Positions 47,124-56,554 of a stretch of DNA of 64,000 nucleotides are shown here, piece by piece. A model generated the notes under the pieces. The model saw nothing but the letters and a program-made list of their open reading frames with translations, was not told the DNA's origin and did no database searches. Source of the stretch: Candidatus Omnitrophota bacterium. Lineage in GTDB: Bacteria; Omnitrophota; Gorgyraeia; JAFGHF01. Every line of letters begins with the position of its first letter. Position 1 is the first letter of the stretch. Made by a program: the position numbers and the translations under genes. The stretch lies in the NCBI GenBank assembly GCA_020341815.1, contig CP070837.1:692211-756210 (forward strand). The letters run 5' to 3'.

Positions 47124-48158
47124 TTATTTTTGCGGCTGAATAATCACTTTTAGCGAATCAGCCGCCTCCGCAACAAGACGAAAACCTTCTTTAATTTTAT
47201 CCAGGTCGAATCTATGGGTAATCAAATCTTTAACATTTATCTTGCCCTGACTTAAGAGCTCAAGCGCCTCTAAATGCTGCGCGGGCGTTGCCGCATAGGA
47301 AGAGGTAAGCGTTATTTCGTTGCGCCAGAAGACATCGTTTATGGAAAGAGGGATGGAAACACCTTCAGCTGTAGCCGCAAAGAAAAGCACGCAACCGCCC
47401 CTCTGGACTAATTGCAGGGCCTGAATATGGGCAGACTTTGCGCCGGTGGCTACAATCACCAAATCTGCTCCTTTACCTTGGGTTAACTGGCGGAATCGCT
47501 CTACCACATCCTCTGCTTGCGGATTTATTACTTCATCCGCGCCGAACTTTCGGGCCAGGTTCAGGCGATAATCTACTATATCGCAGGCAGCGATAAAAGA
47601 GGCGCCCTTAAGACGGGCCAGTTGAATATGTAACATCCCGGATATACCGCAGCCCATCACCAAGACGCTGCTTCCTTTTGCCATACCCGCTAATTTTTGC
47701 CCGCGCAAGACACAGGCCAAGGGTTCGGTAAAGGTGGCCTCATCGTACGAGAGGTTATCCGGCAGAGGATAAACTCCGCCTAATTCTACATTTATTGCCG
47801 GAAGGCGCAGATATTCCACAAACCCGCCGGGGTCAAAATGGGTCTTGCGCAAGGTCTCGCACGTAGTCTCATGGCCTTTTAGGCAGTAACTACACCTGCC
47901 GCAGGGCACATGATGAGAAGCCGAAACCCTCTGACCTTTTTTATATTGCCTCAGGCCTTCACCAAGCTCTACTATCTCACCGGCGATTTCATGGCCTAAA
48001 ACCAAAGGCGTCTTATCACGCCTGTACCATTCAATGACATCTGTGCCGCAGACGCCTGCGGCCTCTACACGCACTAAAAGCTCGCCCGGGCCGATTTCCG
48101 GCCGGGGCACCTCTTTTATACGGATATCTTTATTATTATAATAGACGGCAACGCGCAT
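47124..48158 (-). CDS. zinc-dependent dehydrogenase (sorbitol/L-threonine dehydrogenase-like MDR)
   Basis: GVCGTD, LGHE, CGRCSYC...C, EPLAC, GCGISG. Confidence 0.92.
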   Translation of the reverse strand: MRVAVYYNNKDIRIKEVPRPEIGPGELLVRVEAAGVCGTDVIEWYRRDKTPLVLGHEIAGEIVELGEGLRQYKKGQRVSASHHVPCGRCSYCLKGHETTCETLRKTHFDPGGFVEYLRLPAINVELGGVYPLPDNLSYDEATFTEPLACVLRGQKLAGMAKGSSVLVMGCGISGMLHIQLARLKGASFIAACDIVDYRLNLARKFGADEVINPQAEDVVERFRQLTQGKGADLVIVATGAKSAHIQALQLVQRGGCVLFFAATAEGVSIPLSINDVFWRNEITLTSSYAATPAQHLEALELLSQGKINVKDLITHRFDLDKIKEGFRLVAEAADSLKVIIQPQK

Positions 48159-48172
48159 AAAAAGTATCTGTT

Positions 48173-49297
48173 TTAAGGTGTTAAAAGAAGCTCTTCGATG
48201 AGAGACTCCAGGGTTTCCTTGGAGACGTAACCAACGAATTTCTTTACTATTTTCATTTCTCTATCGATAATAAAAGTAACGGGGATGTGATAAATTCCGC
48301 CGTATTTTTCAGTCAAGGCATAATCGCCTTTTACTACAGGATAATTTATGTCTAACTCTTCAGAAACGCTCTTTATCTTGCCGATATCGCCTCTATCTAA
48401 ATTTATACCGATTATTACCAGGCCTTCATCTTTATATTCATCATAAAGTTTAATGAAGTCGGCTATTGCCCTGCGGCAGGCCGGACATGAGCCTGTCCAG
48501 AAATTAAGGATAACTACTTTTCCTTTATAATCGTAAAGCTGCAGCTGGCTTCCCTCGATAGTAGAAAGGACAAAGTCGGGGGCGGTCTTTCTTGAAGGCG
48601 CCTCGTTTGCCCAGACTGCGGGAATTAAAATTGTTATCCCAACGATAATAAGCAATATCCCGCTGATAACCGAAACAAGCTTAAGATGTCTTCTTATTTT
48701 CGTAAACAAATTGAGCACCCATTTTATTCCGATACTCACCATTAAAAACGGCAAGGCCAGCCCTAAAGAATAAAAACATAAAAGTATTATTCCTTGCGCC
48801 ACGGTATCAGCTGTTGCTGCAAGCATAAGAATCCCTCCCAGAATCGGCCCCACGCAGGGCGTCCAGCCAAAGCCAAAGGCCATACCCACAAGCACCGAGC
48901 CCAGCCAACTCACCGGCCTTTGTTTAAGATGAAATCTTTTCTCCCGATTCAGGAATTTTATCTTAAGCAAACCGCTGAGGTGCAATCCGAAAAGGATAAT
49001 GGCCCCTGCTCCGATTATCCTGATTAGTTTCTGATGGCTAACGAAATATGAACCTAAAAATGTGGCCGAGGCCCCTAAACCCACAAAAACTAAAGAAAAC
49101 CCCAGAATAAAAAGAAGCGCCTCAGTCAAAATCAATCTTTTTTTTGTAGAAATTTCAGCCGAAGGACCCGTTAAATCCTGGGCTGATAAGCCCGTGATAA
49201 AACAGATATAGGCGGGAATAAGGGGAAGCACGCACGGTGAGAAAAATGATAAAAGGCCCGCCCCGAAAGAAATAAAAATCTGTAAAATATTGGTCAT
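48173..49297 (-). CDS. CcdA - TlpA/ResA thioredoxin fusion
   Basis: SFFSPCVLPLIP, WTPCVGPIL, then APDF...NFWTGSCPAC. Confidence 0.9.
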   Translation of the reverse strand: MTNILQIFISFGAGLLSFFSPCVLPLIPAYICFITGLSAQDLTGPSAEISTKKRLILTEALLFILGFSLVFVGLGASATFLGSYFVSHQKLIRIIGAGAIILFGLHLSGLLKIKFLNREKRFHLKQRPVSWLGSVLVGMAFGFGWTPCVGPILGGILMLAATADTVAQGIILLCFYSLGLALPFLMVSIGIKWVLNLFTKIRRHLKLVSVISGILLIIVGITILIPAVWANEAPSRKTAPDFVLSTIEGSQLQLYDYKGKVVILNFWTGSCPACRRAIADFIKLYDEYKDEGLVIIGINLDRGDIGKIKSVSEELDINYPVVKGDYALTEKYGGIYHIPVTFIIDREMKIVKKFVGYVSKETLESLIEELLLTP

Positions 49298-49300
49298 TTT

Positions 49301-50404
49301 TTACAACTGCCTTAATAAGGTCTTAATATCTACATATTTCTCAATCAAATCCCTGATTATTTTCATCTTGCCTGCATCTTCAGCTCTTATTTTCACCGTC
49401 AAATCATGAACCTTGGAAGCAACGCTGTAAGTATCTCCTTTCGCCAATAGCAATGGGATTTTTGCCTTCTTCACTAAATCTACAACACTCTTATGCGGTT
49501 TAATCCCTCCGGTCAAGACAATGCCGGCTATTCGAACGCCGTCATTTTGTTTATCTGCCTGAAAGCCGGTAACGGCCAAAATCATATCTTCCCTGTCGCC
49601 GGGAGTGATAATCAGGCTTCTGTCCGAAAAATACTTTAAGGCGTCATGCGGAGCCATTGCCCCTACCAAAATCTTATCCACGCTTGTTTCCAGAGACCCT
49701 CCAGAAACTATAAGCTCAAAGTTCAATTCCTCCAAGACCTGCCTGATGGTTGGTTCAGACAATAGCTCTCTGTAAGGGATTACACCCAATGTTTTTAAGC
49801 CTTTTCTTTTTAACCCCGCGCGTACTATTCTGTTAATCTGATTGTACTTTTCCGGTTTGACTTTATTAATTATTACCCCGGCTATTTGAACGCCCTCCTT
49901 GTCAAACAGGGCCTTATTCAGCATTATCTCGTCAATTGGTCTGCCGATACCGCCTGAGGAAACTATTATTACCTTTGACGAAAGCATCTTAGCTACGGTG
50001 GCGTTGGAGAGGTCAAACACAGAGCCGACTCCGGCGTGCCCCGTGCCCTCAATTATCACTAAGTCCTTATCTTTGGCCACGGCCTTAAACGAGCTCTTAA
50101 TCCGCCTGACCAAGCCCTTGCTTTGGCCCGTTAAGATATAATTTCTGGTAAAGCCCTTTTCAATAGCCACCGGGCTCATGTCCTTAATGGGGCATTTAAT
50201 CCCGCAGGCCTTCTCTATCAATACGGAGTCCTCGTCTACCTTCTCATTTTTCTCAATAAGATACCTCTGGCCTACCGGCTTTATAAAGCCTATTCTCTTA
50301 AATCTTTCCTGCAAGGCATAGATTAACCCCAGGCTGACCACAGTCTTTCCGTCATTCTGGCCCGTTGCCGAGATAAAGATTCTTCGCGTCTTACTCTTAG
50401 GCAT
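49301..50404 (-). CDS. BioD-like/DRTGG protein (N-terminal module of phosphotransacetylase only)
   Basis: GQNDGKT, FIKPVG, IIEGTGH, ITPGDREDM, LTGG; no PTA catalytic domain. Confidence 0.88.
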   Translation of the reverse strand: MPKSKTRRIFISATGQNDGKTVVSLGLIYALQERFKRIGFIKPVGQRYLIEKNEKVDEDSVLIEKACGIKCPIKDMSPVAIEKGFTRNYILTGQSKGLVRRIKSSFKAVAKDKDLVIIEGTGHAGVGSVFDLSNATVAKMLSSKVIIVSSGGIGRPIDEIMLNKALFDKEGVQIAGVIINKVKPEKYNQINRIVRAGLKRKGLKTLGVIPYRELLSEPTIRQVLEELNFELIVSGGSLETSVDKILVGAMAPHDALKYFSDRSLIITPGDREDMILAVTGFQADKQNDGVRIAGIVLTGGIKPHKSVVDLVKKAKIPLLLAKGDTYSVASKVHDLTVKIRAEDAGKMKIIRDLIEKYVDIKTLLRQL

Positions 50405-51697
50405 CTATTTTTTCTCCCACCTGAGCAATTCTATCACCTTGGCCAGGGTTGAGCCCCTGTCGATTTCCTCTCTCAATCTATTTTCCTGCTCCAGGACACC
50501 CATTGCCCGGTTGGTAACTTCGACTACTTTCCCTGCAGGGATACAAACCACCCCGTCATCATCGCCGACTATCCAGTCGCCGCCAGAAACTCTCACGCCA
50601 TTAATTACAATGGGTGAGCCTATCTCGCCAAAACCCTTAGGCTCTCCCGCAGAAGGCATAATAAGTGTGGAAAATGCCGGAAATTTCAATTTACGTATTT
50701 CCGATGAGTCGCGCAGAGCGCCATTTATCACTACCCCGGCAATCTTTTTCTGGATGGCCCCGTGTGTAGCTAATTCTCCCCATACCGCCGGGCCTACACC
50801 TGCGGCATCTATCACAATCACGTCTCCACAAGAGGCCTGATCAACCGCCTCCACGCTCTTTGCCCAGTCGCCGGGATAGGTGCGCACGGTCAAGGCCGGA
50901 CCCGCCATCTTCACCGCCTGCCAAACAGGACGAATACCTTTTAAATCTCCTGCGCGATGCATGGCATCGGAAAGATTAGCGGTAGAGACCTCTTTCAATA
51001 TCTTATATACCTCGTCCAGAGAAACCCTTTTGAAATATTCGCTCTTTACGGCTTTGCCTGTGGCAAGCGTCTTTTTTATCCGCCTTGCCGCCTCCAGAGG
51101 ATCCCTGGCCTTGGTTATGGCGCCACCCACAATCACGATGTTTGCGCCTGTTTTTACTGCCTGGGGTGCGGTCTCGGAGTTTATCCCTCCGGCCACAGCA
51201 ACAGGCACTCCTACTGCGCCTCTTACCCTGGCCAATTTAGCGAAAGGTTCTTTACCCTGCATCTGCTCATCGATAGCGCAGTGCACGCCGATATAATCGA
51301 CACCGAGCTTCTCTATTTCTTTTGCCCGTCTTTCCAAATCCCCATCTTTAATCTCTATCAAATCGGCCTCTATCCTGGCGCCGTAATTCTTTCCTGCCTC
51401 TACGCATTCGCGGATAGCGCTATCTGAAGCCGCTGCCAACACACAGACAATATCCGCTCCTGCCTTGGCCGCTGCCTCGGTCTCTATTCTTCCGGCGTCC
51501 ATTATCTTCATATCCGCTACGATAGTGGCCCTGGGAAACTTCCTGCGCAGCTGCCTGAGGGCGTCTAGGCCTTCGCTTTTTATCAAAGGGGTTCCGGCCT
51601 CAAGCCAATCCACGCCGCCTGCCACTGCTTCCTCAGCGACTTTCAGCGCCCTGTTCAAGTTTAAGAAATCCAACGCTACCTGTAATACCGGTTTCAT
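50405..51697 (-). CDS. 3-hexulose-6-phosphate synthase - RraA/HMG-aldolase family fusion
   Basis: LQVALD, EAGTPLIK, ADMKIMDAG, VAGGI; then STANLSDAM, AVWGEL, GDDDGVV. Confidence 0.9.
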   Translation of the reverse strand: MKPVLQVALDFLNLNRALKVAEEAVAGGVDWLEAGTPLIKSEGLDALRQLRRKFPRATIVADMKIMDAGRIETEAAAKAGADIVCVLAAASDSAIRECVEAGKNYGARIEADLIEIKDGDLERRAKEIEKLGVDYIGVHCAIDEQMQGKEPFAKLARVRGAVGVPVAVAGGINSETAPQAVKTGANIVIVGGAITKARDPLEAARRIKKTLATGKAVKSEYFKRVSLDEVYKILKEVSTANLSDAMHRAGDLKGIRPVWQAVKMAGPALTVRTYPGDWAKSVEAVDQASCGDVIVIDAAGVGPAVWGELATHGAIQKKIAGVVINGALRDSSEIRKLKFPAFSTLIMPSAGEPKGFGEIGSPIVINGVRVSGGDWIVGDDDGVVCIPAGKVVEVTNRAMGVLEQENRLREEIDRGSTLAKVIELLRWEKK

Positions 51698-52114
51698 CTA
51701 TTCTCCTATAATCTGCACGACTATCTCGCGGGAACGGGCCCGGTTGTCAAAATCTATAAACACAATCTGCTGCCAGGTGCCCAGAAGCAGTCTCCTATTA
51801 GAAAAGGGAACGCTTAAGGAGGGTCCCAACATTGCCGCACGCACATGCGAGAAGCCATTACCGTCATGCCACCTTAAATTGTGGTGATACTCTCCCTGCC
51901 GGGGAGCAATTACTTCAAAGGCCCGGGGTATATCTTTAAGCAGTCCCGGCTCATATTCAATAGTGGTCAGGCCTGCCGTTGAGCCGGAGACAAAGACAGT
52001 TATAACGCCGTCTTTAAGCTTGGCTTCTTCAAGAGAAGCACTTACCTTATCGGTAATATCGATTATATCCGTTTCGCCTCTTGATTTTAATCTTATAGAT
52101 TTGGTTATAACCAT
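51698..52114 (-). CDS. YjbQ family (secondary thiamine-phosphate synthase-like)
   Basis: GSTAGLTTIEYE, NGFSH, LGTWQQI. Confidence 0.93.
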   Translation of the reverse strand: MVITKSIRLKSRGETDIIDITDKVSASLEEAKLKDGVITVFVSGSTAGLTTIEYEPGLLKDIPRAFEVIAPRQGEYHHNLRWHDGNGFSHVRAAMLGPSLSVPFSNRRLLLGTWQQIVFIDFDNRARSREIVVQIIGE

Positions 52115-52129
52115 TTTATTCCTTTTTAT

Positions 52130-52918
52130 TTATTTTTTCCTATACGCATCGAGGAACGATGCGCAGTAAATATGCTTATTTAAAATAAGCTCGGCGCAAA
52201 TCGCCGCATCCATCAATTCTTTATCCAGGGGGTCCATAATTGCCCCTTTTAACCCTAAGGCCAAAGCCATCACTAAAAAGGTCCGGTTAATCAGGCTTCT
52301 GTTTTCTGTGCCCTGGGAAACATTGCTTAAGCCCACCACCGTCTTTGGCGGCGGGTCGGATAAAAGACTGAACTCTCTTATTGCCTCCAGCACCTCTAAG
52401 CTTTGAGGCTGGGCAACATTGACCGGCAGGATTATCGGGTCAAGATAGATATCCTCATGCCCCAAGCCCGCTTCCATAGACGCAGAAATTATCACCGCGG
52501 CAAACTCGCTCCTCTGATGCCTGTCGCGGGGAATACCTTTTTTATCCATAGTCAAGCCAATCAAGCCGGCCCCATATTGCTTGGCCATAGGCAGCAAAAC
52601 ATCCAGTTTTTCCTTATCGGCGGTGGTTGAGTTTATCATGGCCTTATTTTTTATTAGCTTCAGGCCTTCTTCAATTACATTAGGCTTTGTGCTATCCAGG
52701 CACAAAGGCGTATCGGTCACTTCCTGAATGGTCTCAACCAACCACTTCATTGCCCCGACCGCATCGGCTGCCGCCGGACCTACATTTACATCCAGCATCC
52801 CCGCGCCCGCTTCCGCCTGCTCTTTGGCCAACTTCTGAATAACAGACTTATCCTTATTGGCTATTGCCTTTCCTACATTCTTAAACATCCCGTTGATTAA
52901 TTCGCCTATTACCAGCAT
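52130..52918 (-). CDS. acsE: methyltetrahydrofolate:corrinoid/FeS protein methyltransferase
   Basis: IGELING, LDVNVG, LCLDST, INSTT, GLSNVSQ; acs cluster context. Confidence 0.93.
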   Translation of the reverse strand: MLVIGELINGMFKNVGKAIANKDKSVIQKLAKEQAEAGAGMLDVNVGPAAADAVGAMKWLVETIQEVTDTPLCLDSTKPNVIEEGLKLIKNKAMINSTTADKEKLDVLLPMAKQYGAGLIGLTMDKKGIPRDRHQRSEFAAVIISASMEAGLGHEDIYLDPIILPVNVAQPQSLEVLEAIREFSLLSDPPPKTVVGLSNVSQGTENRSLINRTFLVMALALGLKGAIMDPLDKELMDAAICAELILNKHIYCASFLDAYRKK

Positions 52919-52922
52919 CCTT

Positions 52923-53879
52923 TTACCCTTTCTTCATCAATCTTTCGATGGTTCCTCTGACGATTTCTATTGCTTTGGGGTGTCTCATCACTAAGATACC
53001 TGCTCCGGCCAGCAATACCGAAACCGCCGTGGTTGCCTCCCATACCGGGCCGCGCTCCTTTTCCGTGCCCCACTCAGGGTGTTCTGCCTGAGGACCCTTG
53101 GCTTCTTTTGCCCGCCAGGCCTCATTCCCCACAAAGCAGATAAAAGGCATGGATAACATCTTATCTCCCATAAGAGCCGCCAGGCGCGCCCGCTCCATTA
53201 TTGAATAGGCATATTCCATGCCATAGCCAAGAGCGCCGATAGTAGGGTTCATTGCTATTTTATTTATATCAAAACCCATATCCGAAATCAGGATATTCAC
53301 CTGCTTGGCAATATTGATATCGATAGGGGATTCACCGATTATATTGTGCCCGTCGGCAAGACAGGCAGCGGTAAGGGTCTTGTAATTTTTTTCAGTAGCA
53401 TCGCCAAATAAACAATTTTCACCCTTGGCCGCCTCACAGCATTTAGGCAAAACCTCGTTGTCTTTATCATCATTGCCGCAACCCAAAACAATCAAAGGCA
53501 CGCCTACCGCCTCAAGAACCGATTTTACAACTTCTGCGGCCTTATCGGTTGATGCATTACCGAAATCGGGATGGGTACCTTGAAGCTTCAGGCAAAGTAA
53601 TTCGGCCTTATATTCGTTAACACATTTTTTTGCCCATTCGGCGGAATTTTTAAAGACATCCTTAAACGGCTCTTTCAAAACTTCAGGCCAGTCAACGGGC
53701 TCGGCATCAAATATCTCCATGGCTATCACCGGCTTATTGGGGATATCTCCTTCATTGAATAAATACGGTAAAGTGGATTCACCCCCCACAGTAACCTTGG
53801 AAGTGCGCGTCCCGGTTCCGCCGATAGTTAAGGTATTAATTGTATTGGACCACTTTTCCTTTAATAACTCCACACTCAT
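52923..53879 (-). CDS. acsD: corrinoid/FeS protein small (delta) subunit
   Basis: SPIDINIAKQVN, LGYGMEYAYS, LVMRHP. Confidence 0.95.
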   Translation of the reverse strand: MSVELLKEKWSNTINTLTIGGTGTRTSKVTVGGESTLPYLFNEGDIPNKPVIAMEIFDAEPVDWPEVLKEPFKDVFKNSAEWAKKCVNEYKAELLCLKLQGTHPDFGNASTDKAAEVVKSVLEAVGVPLIVLGCGNDDKDNEVLPKCCEAAKGENCLFGDATEKNYKTLTAACLADGHNIIGESPIDINIAKQVNILISDMGFDINKIAMNPTIGALGYGMEYAYSIMERARLAALMGDKMLSMPFICFVGNEAWRAKEAKGPQAEHPEWGTEKERGPVWEATTAVSVLLAGAGILVMRHPKAIEIVRGTIERLMKKG

Positions 53880-53882
53880 CGA

Positions 53883-54641
53883 TTACCTCCTAAAAAGACC
53901 TTCGCATATTTTATTTACTGCTTCCTGTGCCTTTGAAGTTTCATCAAGCTTTCTTACATTGCCTCCGGCTAAGGCTAATTCGGATATCTCTTCATCTTCG
54001 GGTATTACGCCAGTAAGGGAAATCCCCGTGCGCCCAATCTCCTCTTTAAGTTTATTCGTCTCTCCTTGAGCCCTGTTCACTATCAGTTTTGTGTCTTTGA
54101 CGCTGATTTCTAATTCCCGGGCCAAATCCAGAATCCTTTTCGCCGAACGCAGGCCCACAACGGTATAGTCGCTGACAATGAATAAAAGGTCTATCTTCCT
54201 GGTGGTGCGCCGGGAAAGATGCTCCATTCCCGCCTCATTATCGATTACTATATAAGCATAACTTTTAGTTAATCTTTCAATCAGCGTTCGCAATAAATTA
54301 TTCACAAAGCAATAACACCCCGCACCCTCCGGACGGCCCATTACCAAAAGGTCGAATCCATCGGCCTCGCTAAGGGCATCCTGAATCTGATATTCCAGGT
54401 ATCTGTCGCGGGTCATGCCTTGTGGAATCTGCGAAGGGTTTTTGGCTATATCATCGGCAATGGCAACAATGCTCTTTTCCGACTTAACGCCTAAGGCCTC
54501 ATCCAAATTGGCATTGGGGTCGGCGTCCACAGCTAAAATAGAAGCGCCCTTATGCCTGTTCATAAGCCAGCGGATAACTAACGCTGCCAAGGTAGTTTTT
54601 CCGGTGCCGCCTTTTCCGCAAATTGCTATCGTATAGCTCAT
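53883..54641 (-). CDS. cooC: CooC/AcsF nickel-insertion ATPase
   Basis: GKGGTGKT, VDADPN, GCYC, DNEAGMEHLSR. Confidence 0.92.
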   Translation of the reverse strand: MSYTIAICGKGGTGKTTLAALVIRWLMNRHKGASILAVDADPNANLDEALGVKSEKSIVAIADDIAKNPSQIPQGMTRDRYLEYQIQDALSEADGFDLLVMGRPEGAGCYCFVNNLLRTLIERLTKSYAYIVIDNEAGMEHLSRRTTRKIDLLFIVSDYTVVGLRSAKRILDLARELEISVKDTKLIVNRAQGETNKLKEEIGRTGISLTGVIPEDEEISELALAGGNVRKLDETSKAQEAVNKICEGLFRR

Positions 54642-56554
54642 CTTGTCTTCGTCTGTAAGGTAGGAAAACGACTCAGGTCCGTATGAGGGAAAAACAAGGC
54701 TGAGACATATTCATCCATGTAACTGGGCTCTACACTCAATTCAATATAGGTCATCTTCTTGGCTATTTCCTCTGCCTCGGTCTTGGCCTCATAGGAAAGC
54801 AGGATTTCCCGGGCCCCCACCAGGGAACTGTTGCCGATAAAAGTAAACCTCTCCCGCTGCAAATCGGGAAGCAGGCCTATTGTAATTGCCTTATCAATAT
54901 CCAGATAGGTGCCGAATCCTCCGGCTATATAAAACTGCTCGATATCCTTAAAATCCAATTTTAATTTTTTCAATAAAACCGCACAGGCCGCATAGATTGC
55001 CCCTTTTGAGCGTTTGAGATTATCGATATCGGCCTCGGTAATCACGATATTGCGCGTAACGGCGGCGTCTTTTTTAGGCACCAGCACAAACTCTTTGCCT
55101 TTGGCAAACTTTCCGTTGCGGTCAATAATCCCCCGGCGGAATAATTCGGCCAGACAATCGATATATCCGGAGCCGCATATCCCTCGCGGCTTGGCATTGC
55201 CTATTGTGCTAACCTTGACTTTATTGCTTTTGTCTATTTCGACCCTCTGGATTGCACCATTTGTTGCGCGCATGCCGCATTTTACGCCACTGCCCTCAAA
55301 GGCCGGTCCGGCAGAGGCCGCGCAGGAGACCATCCATTCGCGATTACCCAAGACTATCTCTCCGTTTGTGCCCACATCAATGAGCATAGTTAACTTATCC
55401 GCCCGCTCAAGGCCGCAGGCCAAGACTCCGGCAGTAATATCTCCGCCCACATATGTGCTTACCCCGGGCACGCAGGCCAATAAGCCCCGCGGATTCACCT
55501 TTATTCCGGTCTCCGCAGCCCTGATTACCGGAACGAAATTGGCTGTGGATACATAGGGCTCTCTGCGGATAAACTTAGGGTCCACCCGCAATAAAAGATG
55601 CAGCATGGTGGTGTTTCCGGCGCACATTATCCCGTTAATATCGTTTAAATTAATCTTCTCTTCTTTAACCAGCTCCTCGATTATGGCATTAACATTATCG
55701 ATAACGGCGTGATGCAGCTTCTCCAGCCCATCGCGCTCTGAGGCATAGACAATCCGCGTAATCACATCACTGCCAAAGCTTGCCTGTTTATTATGCGTAG
55801 CCTTGGTGCCTAAAATTTCCTTTGTGTTAAGGTTTACCAGTTGCCCTGAGACAGTAGTGGTGCCGATATCTAAGGCAATACCAAAGTTTTTCTCGGAGGT
55901 ATCACCCGGTTCAACGGCAACAATCTCCACAGTGCCGTTTCGCTTGCCTAAGAGCACCGTTACCTTCCATTCGCTTTCTCTAAATAACCTTCCCAGGCGC
56001 TTAATATTGGTCAGACCCGTCTGAAGTATGGGGATGTTACTTGTCTTTCTGACGCCCCGATATAATCTTTCCAGGTCGCTTGTTGTGTCACCTAAGTCAG
56101 GAGGAGGAAGCTCAAGATAAAGCTTGGTAGCCAGGGGGCTGTGCTTAAATAAGTCCTCCTCGATTATCCTTTTGCCTTTTTCTACGTCTACCGCCTGGCT
56201 ATACATCCCTTTAAGGCGCAGGAGCTTGGCGTCCTGCTCGGAAATCTTATCCAAATCCAGCCTTGATTCCGGCGGGACCTTTACCTCTACGTCACTATGC
56301 ACCGTGGTCTGACAGGCAAGGACATAGCCTTTTCGTCTTTCCTTAAGAGAGATTCTTCCCGAGGGCTCGGTCTTTACCTGGCCCTTTTTAATAATTACCT
56401 TACACCTTCCGCAGACTCCGTCTCCGCCGCAGCTGGAATTGATATGCACCCCGGCCTCAACCGCGCAAGACAAAAGGTCCCTGCCCTTATGCGCCTCTAT
56501 CCTGGTGGCCTGAGGATGAAAAAATGTGACTTTATAGGTATCTTTGTCTTTCAT
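54638..56554 (-). CDS. acsV: reductive activator of corrinoid protein (RACo/AcsV; 2Fe-2S plus ASKHA)
   Basis: CGGDGVCGRC, DIGTT, DVGTNGE, AGPAFEG, AGGFG. Confidence 0.92.
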   Translation of the reverse strand: MKDKDTYKVTFFHPQATRIEAHKGRDLLSCAVEAGVHINSSCGGDGVCGRCKVIIKKGQVKTEPSGRISLKERRKGYVLACQTTVHSDVEVKVPPESRLDLDKISEQDAKLLRLKGMYSQAVDVEKGKRIIEEDLFKHSPLATKLYLELPPPDLGDTTSDLERLYRGVRKTSNIPILQTGLTNIKRLGRLFRESEWKVTVLLGKRNGTVEIVAVEPGDTSEKNFGIALDIGTTTVSGQLVNLNTKEILGTKATHNKQASFGSDVITRIVYASERDGLEKLHHAVIDNVNAIIEELVKEEKINLNDINGIMCAGNTTMLHLLLRVDPKFIRREPYVSTANFVPVIRAAETGIKVNPRGLLACVPGVSTYVGGDITAGVLACGLERADKLTMLIDVGTNGEIVLGNREWMVSCAASAGPAFEGSGVKCGMRATNGAIQRVEIDKSNKVKVSTIGNAKPRGICGSGYIDCLAELFRRGIIDRNGKFAKGKEFVLVPKKDAAVTRNIVITEADIDNLKRSKGAIYAACAVLLKKLKLDFKDIEQFYIAGGFGTYLDIDKAITIGLLPDLQRERFTFIGNSSLVGAREILLSYEAKTEAEEIAKKMTYIELSVEPSYMDEYVSALFFPHTDLSRFPTLQTKTR

